Shown here: positions 34,304 through 43,374 of the stretch, piece by piece
Layout: each line of letters opens with the position of its first letter
Numbering within the stretch: position 1 is the first letter of the stretch
IMG/VR virus record: IMGVR_UViG_3300025364_000003
Span: 62,001-126,000 of that record
Strand: one strand, 5' to 3'
DNA: 64,000 nt
Notes under the pieces: generated by a model
Database searches by the model: none
What the model was told of the DNA's origin: nothing
What the model saw: only the letters and a program-made list of their open reading frames with translations
Program-made: the position numbers and the translations under genes

Positions 34304-35023
34304 ATGCCGATGACGAAGACCGCTACCGACGCCTACCTCGCTCTCCTCACCGCTGACCTCCTCACCCGTGAGGATGAGGTCGCCCTCGCTGCCATCGCCC
34401 AGGACACCGAACACCCCGAGTCCGAGAAGGCTCGTCAGGCCATGATCGAGGCCAACCTCCGGCTGGTGGTCCACGTGGCGAAGAAGTACCGTGGCCGTGC
34501 TTCCAAGCTCGGCGTGTCTTACATCGATCTCATTCAAGAGGGTAACATCGGTCTCATGACCGCTGTCGAGAAGTTCGATGGTGACCGTGGGCACCGCTTC
34601 TCCACCTATGCCGTTCACTGGATCCGTCAGTCCATCGGTCGTGCCCTCCAGAACAAGGCGAGCACGATCCGGGTCCCGGTTCACGTCCACGAGGTCGTGG
34701 GCAAGCTCAAGTCCGCCGCTCGGCTCATCGGTGAGATGAACGGTGAGGGTCCGACCCCGGCTGAGGTCGCTTCCTTTCTGGAGCTTCCCGAGGACAAGGT
34801 TACTCGCCTGTGGCAGTACGTCCGCCCCTGCGATTCCCTCGATCGTCAGGTGGGTTCCGAGGATGGTGACTCCGTGCTCGGTGACTTCGTGGAGGACACC
34901 GGCAACAGCCTGACCGATGCGGTCGACGATGCCGCTTCCAAGTCGCTCGTGCACACCGTGCTCCGCACCCTGACTCCCCGTGAGGAAAAGGTGCTCAAGC
35001 TCCGGTTCGCCGTCGGCGCCTGA
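34304..35023 (+). CDS. RpoD-derived sigma factor B, ending before region 4.2
   Basis: [71 protein letters not shown] then AVGA-TGA-TAG; GG-TTCATA-17-TAATAT-6-ATG promoter. Confidence 0.92.
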   Translation: MPMTKTATDAYLALLTADLLTREDEVALAAIAQDTEHPESEKARQAMIEANLRLVVHVAKKYRGRASKLGVSYIDLIQEGNIGLMTAVEKFDGDRGHRFSTYAVHWIRQSIGRALQNKASTIRVPVHVHEVVGKLKSAARLIGEMNGEGPTPAEVASFLELPEDKVTRLWQYVRPCDSLDRQVGSEDGDSVLGDFVEDTGNSLTDAVDDAASKSLVHTVLRTLTPREEKVLKLRFAVGA

Positions 35024-35044
35024 TAGCAACCCGTCCAGAACTAA

Positions 35045-35072
35045 GCCGCTCTCCGGGGCGGCTTTTCTTTTT
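35045..35072 (+). terminator. Intrinsic terminator right after sigma B
   Basis: AGCCGCTC-TCCG-GGGCGGCT followed by TTTCTTTTT. Confidence 0.85.
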
Positions 35073-35113
35073 AATCGGTTCACATTATCATCAATTTGGG
35101 GCAATCTCTAACC

Positions 35114-35332
35114 ATGCGATACACCCTCTTCATCAAGTACCCCGACGTCCCCTACGACTTCTACGAGGGCAATGACCTCGACTCCCACATGAAGGAAGCC
35201 AAGCGCCTGGCCAAGCAGCACCCCAAGGCCACCATCACCGTCTGTGACAGGCAGACCGATACCATGCTCTTCTCCAGGGAGAACGGTAAGGGGGGAGAGT
35301 GCAAGTTCTCCCTGTCCGGCATGTTCAACTAA
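35114..35332 (+). CDS. Small hypothetical protein (leaderless)
   Basis: GG-TTCACA-17-CAATCT-6-ATG at 35114. Confidence 0.7.
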   Translation: MRYTLFIKYPDVPYDFYEGNDLDSHMKEAKRLAKQHPKATITVCDRQTDTMLFSRENGKGGECKFSLSGMFN

Positions 35333-35356
35333 CATTCAAACCATAAGACTACAGAA

Positions 35357-35690
35357 GTCGTACGACTCAAGAGGGGTGAGAGCCCCCCTTTTCTTATGGG
35401 GGGGGCCCCCCCCTTTTCACCCCCTATCGAACCCCCCATGCTTATAGGGGGGGGTCCCCCTCCCCCCCCCCCGGACAAGATCAGTGGGGGTCCTATACTG
35501 GCATATGAGGTGCTTGACCCTCAAAAACAATTTTTGGGAAATTTTGAAAATGAAAACCCTTTTCGCAATATTTGGCCCTAAAATGAAGATTCTAAACAAA
35601 AGAGAGTGGAAAATCTGGTAGGAGACAAGGGGGGGGTATGAAATCAAATTGGGAATTAAAATTTTTGGGAAATTTTGAATTTTGAAAAGG
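35357..35690. other. Non-coding junction of G/C homopolymer runs, A/T tracts and a 20-nt direct repeat (candidate terminal-repeat end or packaging site)
   Basis: G8C8 near 35398-35413, further G8 and C11 runs, AATTTTTGGGAAATTTTGAA at 35529 and 35660; marks the GC-to-AT switch. Confidence 0.55.
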
Positions 35691-35738
35691 GTTGTTTATA
35701 GAATATTGTGCGGATATTAGTATTGAAGTAGCATTGAG

Positions 35739-36140
35739 TTGAGAATAGTTGCTTTAATGGTGGTTCTCGTAGAGGTGAAAACTGTTCACAAGAGCAAGGA
35801 GATAATTTTGGAGGGATTGCATTATCAAAAGACGGATGATCCTGCGTTTAGGGAATTTTATAAGGAACTTAGGGTTGGAGGGCTTTTTGAGGTGAGTGTC
35901 GATTATTATGAAACCGGAGCGTTCTTGGGAGGAGAATACTATGTGCTATTACCTGCTTTACTTCCAGGGAAGTCTATGATGTTTTTGGGTTGGATTGACT
36001 CTCCAGGGGAAGAGGTTGTTCTTAGGTCTGTTAGTGGATTTGAAAAAGTTTGGAAGCTTACAGGACCCAAGTGGCTCTTAGACGGCAAGGTATGGATACA
36101 ACGTGTGCCTACAGGTATACTCCAGCCTGTTGTGGGCTAG
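35739..36140 (+). CDS. SH3-like family protein (close paralog of the next gene's C-terminal domain)
   Basis: LLPGKSMMFLGWIDSPGEEVVLRS...LTGPKWLLDGKV. Confidence 0.75.
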   Translation: MRIVALMVVLVEVKTVHKSKEIILEGLHYQKTDDPAFREFYKELRVGGLFEVSVDYYETGAFLGGEYYVLLPALLPGKSMMFLGWIDSPGEEVVLRSVSGFEKVWKLTGPKWLLDGKVWIQRVPTGILQPVVG

Positions 36141-36179
36141 AGATAGTTGTGGGCTAGAGATAGTTGTGGGCTAGAGATA
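36129..36179. repeat. Tandem 3 x 17 nt GTTGTGGGCTAGAGATA spanning a stop codon
   Basis: Three exact copies at 36129, 36146 and 36163. Confidence 0.92.
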
Positions 36180-36203
36180 AAAGAGAAAATGAGGAACGGG
36201 AAA

Positions 36204-36827
36204 ATGAGTGGAAAGAAAAAAGGCGGTACAGATAAGCTTAAAGACTCTCCAGCTATTTCTAAAGAAGACAAGGGGCCTTATGATTCTCAGGGGAATCTTA
36301 GAGAAGGATGGGTACTTGACAGGGCTGGGAAACCTTGTTGGGCTCCTTTGTGGAACAAACAGGATGCAGAAGCACTTCAGTATTCTGTAGATGACACTCA
36401 GCAACGGATTGGGGAGTTGGAGTTAGAACTTGAGGCAAGTAAGCAACTAATCACGGAGCAATTCTTTCAGGCTTTAGCACCCGGTGAGTTGGTTGAGTGC
36501 ACAGGCATCTGTGACAAGATAGGTATTTATTCAGCACCTACGATAGTCTCCGGGGGTTTTTCAGAATGCTTTGAAGTGTTCCCTGGGTTATCTCCTGGAG
36601 AAACCATGCTTTACTTGGGCTGGGCAGACCCTCCAGGGGAAGAAATAAAACTAAGGTCTAACCGTGGCACAGAAAAAGTTTGCATGCTCACAGGGCCAAA
36701 ATGGCTTATAGGAGACCGAGTTTACATAGCATCGGTACCTATAGGATTGTTGAATCCTTATGAGATAGAGGTAGAAGATGAGTTCGCCCAAAAAATTGGA
36801 ATTGATTTTAAAGTTTTAGACGGATAA
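36204..36827 (+). CDS. SH3-like family protein with N-terminal coiled coil
   Basis: LSPGETMLYLGWADPPGEEIKLRS...LTGPKWLIGDRV; start 36189 or 36204. Confidence 0.75.
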   Translation: MSGKKKGGTDKLKDSPAISKEDKGPYDSQGNLREGWVLDRAGKPCWAPLWNKQDAEALQYSVDDTQQRIGELELELEASKQLITEQFFQALAPGELVECTGICDKIGIYSAPTIVSGGFSECFEVFPGLSPGETMLYLGWADPPGEEIKLRSNRGTEKVCMLTGPKWLIGDRVYIASVPIGLLNPYEIEVEDEFAQKIGIDFKVLDG

Positions 36828-36870
36828 AGTTTAGAATGGATAAAAGCAAAAGAAACTGAGGAAAGCAAAG

Positions 36871-37704
36871 ATGAGTAATATTAAGACGCCTCAAGAAATT
36901 TCGGCAGAGATTTTCGAACGGGTCATGAAGGCATTTAATGAGGAATATGATAACCATCCAATCAACGAAAAAGCTGAACAAGTTTTTTTGAAGGCAGAAG
37001 CAAGTAGACAGAAATACCTTGAGGAAATTTTTAATCAAGTAGACTTTGATATGGAGAAGGGAACATTGATCAAGATTGATCTTGGTCCTAGTGATTCTTC
37101 TATCCGTGGTCAATGGGAGCTTGGAATAAACCGTCCTAGTGAGTTAGAGGAGGGAGAAATTTTACTTTACACGGGATGGTTTTCTCGGGAGGTAAAAGTA
37201 TCTACTCAATCAAAAAAGGCAATGGTATCCAAACCTGAAGACACAGAAGTTTTCAAGAGGAAGGATGGTTCGATTGGAGTTCAAGTTTCTGAGACCAAGA
37301 AAGCAGAAATTAAGAAAGCAGAAGCTGAGAAAGAAGATAACAATGAAGATTTGGGAACCGCCTTTTCTTCTAAAATCCAAGTCTTCCTACGAGGAGGCAG
37401 GGAGGATGTGTGGACGGGTTTAATTCCTAGTTGTTATTATGTTACGGTGGCCAAGGGCTCTGGCGGCCCCTGTAAGGAGCCGTTATTTGTTCAAGAGCAT
37501 GGACTAATATTTGACCCTGCCATTATTGGCAAGGTCAAAGAAAAAAGCAGAGATGTATCTTTGCCGAAGCTTGAAGAAGAACCGCCTGCTTTGAAGCAAA
37601 TTATGGGTGAAACAGGCATGAAAACGGTTGCTGGGGAAGTCAAAGAACGCCACACAAAAGCAGAAATAGAAAAATTAGCTAAAGCTTTAAAAGCCAACTA
37701 TTGA
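36871..37704 (+). CDS. Hypothetical protein (SH3-like core)
   Basis: EKGTLIKI...LEEGEILLYTGW. Confidence 0.8.
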   Translation: MSNIKTPQEISAEIFERVMKAFNEEYDNHPINEKAEQVFLKAEASRQKYLEEIFNQVDFDMEKGTLIKIDLGPSDSSIRGQWELGINRPSELEEGEILLYTGWFSREVKVSTQSKKAMVSKPEDTEVFKRKDGSIGVQVSETKKAEIKKAEAEKEDNNEDLGTAFSSKIQVFLRGGREDVWTGLIPSCYYVTVAKGSGGPCKEPLFVQEHGLIFDPAIIGKVKEKSRDVSLPKLEEEPPALKQIMGETGMKTVAGEVKERHTKAEIEKLAKALKANY

Positions 37705-37832
37705 TTTCGTCATTTATTTGCTTGCTTGCTGACAAAGCTGGCAGACTTTTATTGTCTGATGTGGTTTGCCTTCGTTTTGGGATTTTATATCTATGTGTAA
37801 GAAAGTGAATAAAAATCTCTGGAGTATATGTC

Positions 37833-38501
37833 ATGTCTGGTCGCAACAAAAGGAATAAAGAAATCTTTAACAAGATATTCCGCAAGCTATGCAAACAGGT
37901 TAAACCTGAACAGTTGACTGCAAGCAGGAGGCGATGGGAGGATCGACATGTTGGGCCTAGATTGAATCAACCGATGACGGTATCAAAGTTTAAGCTTTTA
38001 TCGAAGGAGACCCGTAAGTGGTATTTGAAGGAACCGAGGAAATTTGAGGCATGGGCTCAAAATTGGGATAGCACTACGAGACGTATCCATGAGTTGGATC
38101 GACCGCCTTATAAAAATAAGAATGTTATTGACCGCAACAAATTGGAAAAATCCCGTGAGGGGTTGATCACGGAATATTTTGAATCATTGAGCCGTTTTGT
38201 AAGTGGCCACGAGGGCGTTGACCCTCTTTTGAGGGAGGTGACGCCCGAGGCCCGAGTCGAAGCCGTATTGGAAAGGAGGCGAGCGAAGGTCACGAATAAA
38301 ATGGCCCGAGGTGTCCTTTGGTCACCTGGGACATTGCTTGAAGTGAAGGACTTTCACAAACACACACATTACGGATGGGCCCCAACGATAGAGTGGGCAG
38401 GATGGTTTTTCCCGACGACCGACGTCAACTGGAAGGCCATGGTCGAAGCTTTTAGCGCAGGTCAATCGTTATTATGCATCTTCCATTACACATTCATTTA
38501 G
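37833..38501 (+). CDS. Hypothetical protein
   Basis: 222-aa ORF; WSPGTLLEVK segment. Confidence 0.75.
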   Translation: MSGRNKRNKEIFNKIFRKLCKQVKPEQLTASRRRWEDRHVGPRLNQPMTVSKFKLLSKETRKWYLKEPRKFEAWAQNWDSTTRRIHELDRPPYKNKNVIDRNKLEKSREGLITEYFESLSRFVSGHEGVDPLLREVTPEARVEAVLERRRAKVTNKMARGVLWSPGTLLEVKDFHKHTHYGWAPTIEWAGWFFPTTDVNWKAMVEAFSAGQSLLCIFHYTFI

Positions 38502-38502
38502 G

Positions 38503-39267
38503 ATGACAAAGAGTCGAATGACACTATCAAGAGAGCAAAGAAGAAACCATGATCCGCTAGAAATTGGCATTAACGATCTTCTAGCAATGTTGTTCAACCG
38601 CTTAGAAGGAGATTGCGATTTTGCTGCAAAAATGCAGTTTTCAAAAGTCAACATACCCGATCCAGCTATTCGCTGGGAAATGACGATGGGTAGAAATGGC
38701 AGTCCGGATTTCTGTGGTAGTCATAGCCATAAATTTGCCAATCGACGAGAACGTCGAGAATTTCTTGCAGAAAAGCGTCGATGGCTTCAGATGGCGATTG
38801 ATTGGAAGATAAAAGAACATGGCCAATTCTTCTCAGTTGGAGAGATGATAAAATTCAAGGATGTGGCACAATTTTATCCCATAACTGATGACATGCGTCC
38901 TTTTGTTCAAGAAACTATTGTCAAAGAAGGTAAAATTACAGATTTGGCCAATTTCCATGGGACGAGGCACAGACTGTTTTATCCTCAGTATCTTCATGCA
39001 GAAGACACTGCTTTAGTTGTCAAAGATCAGATCTTATACAAAGAAATGATTTCCAATCCGGATGATTGGGCAGGAGTTGTTCGATTCCAACGTGAAGTAG
39101 AATTGTTGCTTACGAGTTTTCGGAGCACTAATCATGTTGTGCCGAACGATCCTATGGACAAGAATGCCGATGAATGGAAGACCCGTAGGGCAATTCTATT
39201 GCTTTCGCCACACAACGTTTCAGGTCCTGGTCAGCAAAAGCGGCTTTTTGAACGAATGAGTGCGTAA
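38503..39267 (+). CDS. Hypothetical protein
   Basis: 254-aa ORF; FSVGEMIKFK segment. Confidence 0.8.
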   Translation: MTKSRMTLSREQRRNHDPLEIGINDLLAMLFNRLEGDCDFAAKMQFSKVNIPDPAIRWEMTMGRNGSPDFCGSHSHKFANRRERREFLAEKRRWLQMAIDWKIKEHGQFFSVGEMIKFKDVAQFYPITDDMRPFVQETIVKEGKITDLANFHGTRHRLFYPQYLHAEDTALVVKDQILYKEMISNPDDWAGVVRFQREVELLLTSFRSTNHVVPNDPMDKNADEWKTRRAILLLSPHNVSGPGQQKRLFERMSA

Positions 39268-39271
39268 ATAA

Positions 39272-39754
39272 ATGGCTTTTAATAAAAATTTCAAAAATTC
39301 TGTTATTGTCACATATACATCAGCAGATTTTCAAAGAGAGAGTCGCTTTAAAAGCTCTGAAGAAATGTTTATCAGGCTTTCGTACACGATTGGCATGGGT
39401 AAACCCAAGTCTGTTGATGATTTGTTTGGTGATTGTTTTACAGAAAAGGATTGGTGGTCAAGGTGGTATCCATTACTTGAATTGAAGGATTGGGCAGATT
39501 CGAATAATGGGTACAATCAATTAGTTCCAGGGCATCTGTCATCAGAAGTAAAAGCAAAGGCTCACACAATGGTTGAAGATTGGTCTGATATGCTTCTTCA
39601 GCTCTTAAACTTGGCTCGTCAAAAATGGCAATCACCCGCAATTTCAGTGGGGCAATTTATTAGAGCAGCCGAAGACGTGAGTAGAGAAAGCCATTCGCTA
39701 AGCTATAGACAATATATGCACCCATCTTCTGCTTTTGTTTCTAACAGATATTGA
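39272..39754 (+). CDS. Hypothetical protein
   Basis: 160-aa ORF in the operon. Confidence 0.75.
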   Translation: MAFNKNFKNSVIVTYTSADFQRESRFKSSEEMFIRLSYTIGMGKPKSVDDLFGDCFTEKDWWSRWYPLLELKDWADSNNGYNQLVPGHLSSEVKAKAHTMVEDWSDMLLQLLNLARQKWQSPAISVGQFIRAAEDVSRESHSLSYRQYMHPSSAFVSNRY

Positions 39755-39950
39755 ATGTGAAAAACGTTGGCAGCAAAAATCAACAAGTCTACCTGATGGG
39801 CTTATTCCTGATTTGTGGTTTTATCGAATTGTCAAGTGTTTAATGGTTTTGGAAGAAACGCCCAAAACCATTTGTTTGTTCATTAATCCAGAGTGGTCTG
39901 TTGATGATTTGATTCACTATGGTTTTGCATCAGCTGTAAAATAGTGTAGA

Positions 39951-40379
39951 ATGACGAGATTAAGCAGAGAAAGAATTCGCTCGTTGGATCCAAGGATTGT
40001 TCCTCCAACGCCTGAAGGATATAAAAAAGTTGTGCTTGACAGTTACGAATATTTGTCAACACTAACACCGGGAGATGTGGTATTTTCTTATTTTGCGCAA
40101 TATTGGTTGCGGTTTGATGAAACAAATGATGGCTATCCTATAACGGGTGGTATGCATTTTGTTAGTCCCGGTGTCCCTTTGATGTATTTGAAACCAACTG
40201 AATGGTATGCGGCCGATTCAATGGAAATCATTTCCTCAGCTCTTTGGCTTGTAGAAGATAAAATTAGAATTATTAATCCACTACCCGAAATAGTTGCCTT
40301 TTGGACAGATGAAAGAGTTTATGACTTCCTAAGAAAGTATGAACTTGGTTTAGATGATATTTGGATTCTGGTAGACTAA
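39951..40379 (+). CDS. SH3-like family protein
   Basis: LTPGDVVF...VSPGVPLMYL...LWLVEDKI. Confidence 0.75.
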   Translation: MTRLSRERIRSLDPRIVPPTPEGYKKVVLDSYEYLSTLTPGDVVFSYFAQYWLRFDETNDGYPITGGMHFVSPGVPLMYLKPTEWYAADSMEIISSALWLVEDKIRIINPLPEIVAFWTDERVYDFLRKYELGLDDIWILVD

Positions 40380-40903
40380 TTTCGGAGCTATGCGAGGTCT
40401 TTGTCTTGTTAAACACTATTGAAAAAACTATTGACAAGTTTTGCTGGCTATTGGTAAAAGCATTTCCAAGTAGAGTGAGAACAATTGAAGTTGAAGGTGA
40501 TAAATACCTACTTCGTTTTTATCTAAAGCATAGCAGCAAAAGATTTCCAGGTCTTTATCTACATTACTTTTATCGAGGTGACCAAGACAGAGATTTACAC
40601 AACCATCCTTGGACAAAGTCGGTATCATTGATATTGACTGGTGGTTATGTTGAGGAAAGACTCTCTAAGAAAGAGAAGATTGGACCAAACTACAAAGTTA
40701 TTAAGAGAGTTGTTGGTCCTGGCTCTTTAAACGTGATTAGGTCTGATGATTTTCATAGAATTGATTTAATCGGTGGTTCTACTTGGACTCTTTTCACAAG
40801 CGGCAAAAAAGTAAAAGATTGGGGATTTATAATCCGTGAAACTGGAAAGTACATGGACCACGTTACTTACGAAAAAACAAAATTAAATCAAAAAACTCAA
40901 TAG
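40361..40903 (+). CDS. Cupin-fold protein
   Basis: LHYF...D.DRDLHNHPW...SLILTGGYVEE...FHRIDL...WTLF. Confidence 0.8.
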   Translation: MDSGRLISELCEVFVLLNTIEKTIDKFCWLLVKAFPSRVRTIEVEGDKYLLRFYLKHSSKRFPGLYLHYFYRGDQDRDLHNHPWTKSVSLILTGGYVEERLSKKEKIGPNYKVIKRVVGPGSLNVIRSDDFHRIDLIGGSTWTLFTSGKKVKDWGFIIRETGKYMDHVTYEKTKLNQKTQ

Positions 40904-40939
40904 TAAATTCTTTCGACAAAACAAATCTACAATTTTTTC

Positions 40940-41584
40940 ATGAGGCAAAAAAAGCAAACATACAGTGTCCAAATGCCTGATAAATCAGGTGAAAACAAAA
41001 TATATTCAAAGATTGAAAACTTCATCAATATGATGTTTGATGATGAAGCTCAACATGACTTGATGGTCAAACATAAAAATCGTGCTTCCTGGGCAATGGA
41101 CAATATACGTGTTGGTTCGTTATTAACCACAAACTGTTCATATTTGTTAAACCTTTTTAACAATAAAGCTGATGGTAAACCTTTTGTTTCTAGTTGGATG
41201 GAAACGTTGCCTAAAAGCAGTCAGATTATGTCGTTGGGTTATCAACTAATTCAAATACATCGCTCTAACGTAGGGGAACCCCTCTCAGAACCAACTTACG
41301 AAATCCGTCACAAGTGGTTAATAAACGACAAAACCTTGCTTTGCAATATTCATCCAATGAATTTTGAGGTATCACAAATGGGGGCAGGGGATGTTTGGCA
41401 CGAATCTCTTCAAAAAGAACACAATAGAGCTACTCAGCTTTTGAATAAAAAATATAAAATCGACGATGAAGAAAAAATAACTTGTAAATTACTTCTTCCG
41501 CAATTAGAAACATTGGTCAATTTTTGGTCTGGTGCAATGGCAGGTAATCCAGTTCGGGTTGATGCTTTTGTAGATGATGAATAA
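40940..41584 (+). CDS. SH3-like family protein
   Basis: IRVGSLL...LPKSSQIMSLG...KWLINDK. Confidence 0.75.
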   Translation: MRQKKQTYSVQMPDKSGENKIYSKIENFINMMFDDEAQHDLMVKHKNRASWAMDNIRVGSLLTTNCSYLLNLFNNKADGKPFVSSWMETLPKSSQIMSLGYQLIQIHRSNVGEPLSEPTYEIRHKWLINDKTLLCNIHPMNFEVSQMGAGDVWHESLQKEHNRATQLLNKKYKIDDEEKITCKLLLPQLETLVNFWSGAMAGNPVRVDAFVDDE

Positions 41585-41634
41585 ACTTACGAAAGCAAGT
41601 GTTTTGTAAATGATCAACGACAAAAAACGTATTT

Positions 41635-42003
41635 ATGCCAATAGATCAACTCAACAAACTCGTGTCGCAACTTGAAGATTTTGAGCGGCAACTAAAAGAA
41701 GTAGAAGAAAAACAAAAATTGTTATTTGAGTTTGTTTTAAAAAATGGTGATATAAAACCAGGTGCTGTATTTGAAGTGTTGACAACGCAACATACATTAT
41801 GCCAAACCCAAAATGATAAAAATAAGAAAAAACACATCTTGATAAAAAAAGGCCAAACAATTATGTTTGTAGGTGTTGAAACAAGAAATGACAATTTGAT
41901 GTATGATTGGTTAATAGAAGAGAAAGTTACTTCAATTCATCCTGGTAACATAGTAACCAATATTGGTTTGGTGAAAACCGGCGGGTCGAATGAATCTACA
42001 TAA
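41635..42003 (+). CDS. SH3-like family protein with N-terminal coiled coil
   Basis: IKPGAVFEV...IKKGQTIMFVG...DWLIEEKV. Confidence 0.8.
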   Translation: MPIDQLNKLVSQLEDFERQLKEVEEKQKLLFEFVLKNGDIKPGAVFEVLTTQHTLCQTQNDKNKKKHILIKKGQTIMFVGVETRNDNLMYDWLIEEKVTSIHPGNIVTNIGLVKTGGSNEST

Positions 42004-42433
42004 TCCAGATAACTTTGATGAAAAAGTTAGAAACAAAAAAAGGCAAATCGTTTCTAAGGATGAGCTTGATTATAAGATAGAGTTGCCTGTGGTAGGTAAA
42101 CTTTATCAGGTCATTGCCGACAATGAATTTAACGATAAAATTCAAGCATGTTTTGTTCAAGAATTTGAGGAAGCAGCATATGCTAATACTGTGGCAAATT
42201 TTCCTACACTATATCGAGTTCGAAAAACTGTAGACGTACCAAAAGGCGAAGTGCTGCTCCTTCTTGATTACATTATTGAAAAATTACTTTACTTGCAATC
42301 TGCTGAAAAGAACGCAGCATACTCAATATTGTCAAAGTTTCTTTGGCAAGAACGTGTGGTATACTTTACGCATTGGGTAACCCCTAAATATAATGAATTC
42401 TACAACAAACTTTCTCTTTCTCCTGGAGAATAA
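41990..42433 (+). CDS. SH3-like family protein
   Basis: PVVGKLYQV...VPKGEVLLLL...KFLWQERV. Confidence 0.8.
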   Translation: MNLHNPDNFDEKVRNKKRQIVSKDELDYKIELPVVGKLYQVIADNEFNDKIQACFVQEFEEAAYANTVANFPTLYRVRKTVDVPKGEVLLLLDYIIEKLLYLQSAEKNAAYSILSKFLWQERVVYFTHWVTPKYNEFYNKLSLSPGE

Positions 42434-42771
42434 TGATGTCTTCCAACTGGACTAAAGAACTGTCAGCATGGTGTCAAAAGAAGAGATGGTCAAAACCAAT
42501 TTTTGATAAAAGAAAACAAAAACCAGCAGTTGTGCCCAAAAAGGGAATGTTGGTTCGAAAAAAAGAGTATTATATTTATTCTGATTTGTTACGTTTGCTT
42601 GACAGTGAAGACACTGGCAGTGGGCCGTTCTTTTGCATTATTGATTCTATTGTTGATGAAAGAGGAAGGTGCATATTCAAATATATTTCATCTGAAGAAA
42701 TCCAATGGACTGAATGGATGACGGTTAAAGAATTCAATGAAGAATGGTACATACAAAATCCTTGGATTTAA
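42433..42771 (+). CDS. SH3-like family protein
   Basis: PKKGMLVR...FCIIDSIV; TAATG coupling. Confidence 0.75.
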   Translation: MMSSNWTKELSAWCQKKRWSKPIFDKRKQKPAVVPKKGMLVRKKEYYIYSDLLRLLDSEDTGSGPFFCIIDSIVDERGRCIFKYISSEEIQWTEWMTVKEFNEEWYIQNPWI

Positions 42772-42792
42772 ACACGAAAAACTTTGAACGCA

Positions 42793-42901
42793 GATTGTAA
42801 TACAAAGATTTTTAATCCAACTTCTGAAAACATAAGGTTATGTTTTCGGGCGAACGACAATAATGGATTATAAACTTGTTTTTTATCTTTTTATTACAAT
42901 C
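42793..42901. other. Nested intergenic hairpin (three tiers)
   Basis: GATTGTAATA/TATTACAATC, TAATCCA/TGGATTA and CTGAAAACATA/TATGTTTTCGG. Confidence 0.6.
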
Positions 42902-42993
42902 AACAAACCAATAACAAAAGACCTAATTCGCAGGGTTTCTTGTTATCTTGCTAGTCAGGTAGTGGTACAATCTGCTTAGGAGTAAATTTAAAC

Positions 42994-43374
42994 ATGGCTA
43001 AGGAAACTGAAAGTATGGACAAGCTCAAAATTGATAATTCGGTTCAGGATGACGATGACCCCAAAAATTTTAAAACCGTTTCAAACGGAGCGGGTAGCCT
43101 TTTGCGGATCAAGCAAAATATTGAACATGTAATGAAGATTAAAGATCGTTCTTTTATTGAACTTGAAACAGGCGAAGGAGTTCTTGTACTTTATGATTTT
43201 CTAAATATAAAGACGGAGGAACGAACATTAATCTTCTTAATTGAAGAATCTCAGTATATGTATATGACCAAGGACTTTGACAAAGAATTTGAAGTTCTTC
43301 GTACTGGCACATACGAACATTCAAACATTGAAAAAGACTCAAATATAACTCAAGCCATTGAGGATTTGGAATGA
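42994..43374 (+). CDS. SH3-like family protein
   Basis: AGGAG SD; LETGEGVLVL..LIFLIEE. Confidence 0.75.
   Translation: MAKETESMDKLKIDNSVQDDDDPKNFKTVSNGAGSLLRIKQNIEHVMKIKDRSFIELETGEGVLVLYDFLNIKTEERTLIFLIEESQYMYMTKDFDKEFEVLRTGTYEHSNIEKDSNITQAIEDLE

Larger units (their letters stand above)
2137..35114. promoter_or_regulatory. Dispersed family of ~35 promoters, consensus GG-TTYANA-N17-NANNNT-N6/7-ATG (mostly leaderless)
   Basis: Aligned by eye. Plus-strand -35 starts at 2251, 5011, 8103, 20932, 21493, 23172, 23457, 23870, 24474, 24788, 25484, 26092, 26479, 26838, 27290, 27953, 28570, 29813, 30044, 30544, 31512, 31982, 32780, 33324, 33941, 34269, 35079; about 10 more on the minus strand. Confidence 0.85.

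Noticed and set aside
3259-35104. Long antisense ORFs (e.g. 3259..4017, 14347..15093, 23458..24135, 28597..29265, 34286..35104)
   Set aside because: They mirror well-supported genes on the other strand, as expected from GC-rich codon bias, and have no motifs or promoters
35357-35740. Simple chimera of two unrelated genomes
   Set aside because: Not excluded without reads, but disfavoured: the SH3-like family and TTTACA-17 promoters occur on both sides (4-6 kb; 45.9 and 47.05 kb), and left-arm tRNAs match right-arm codons
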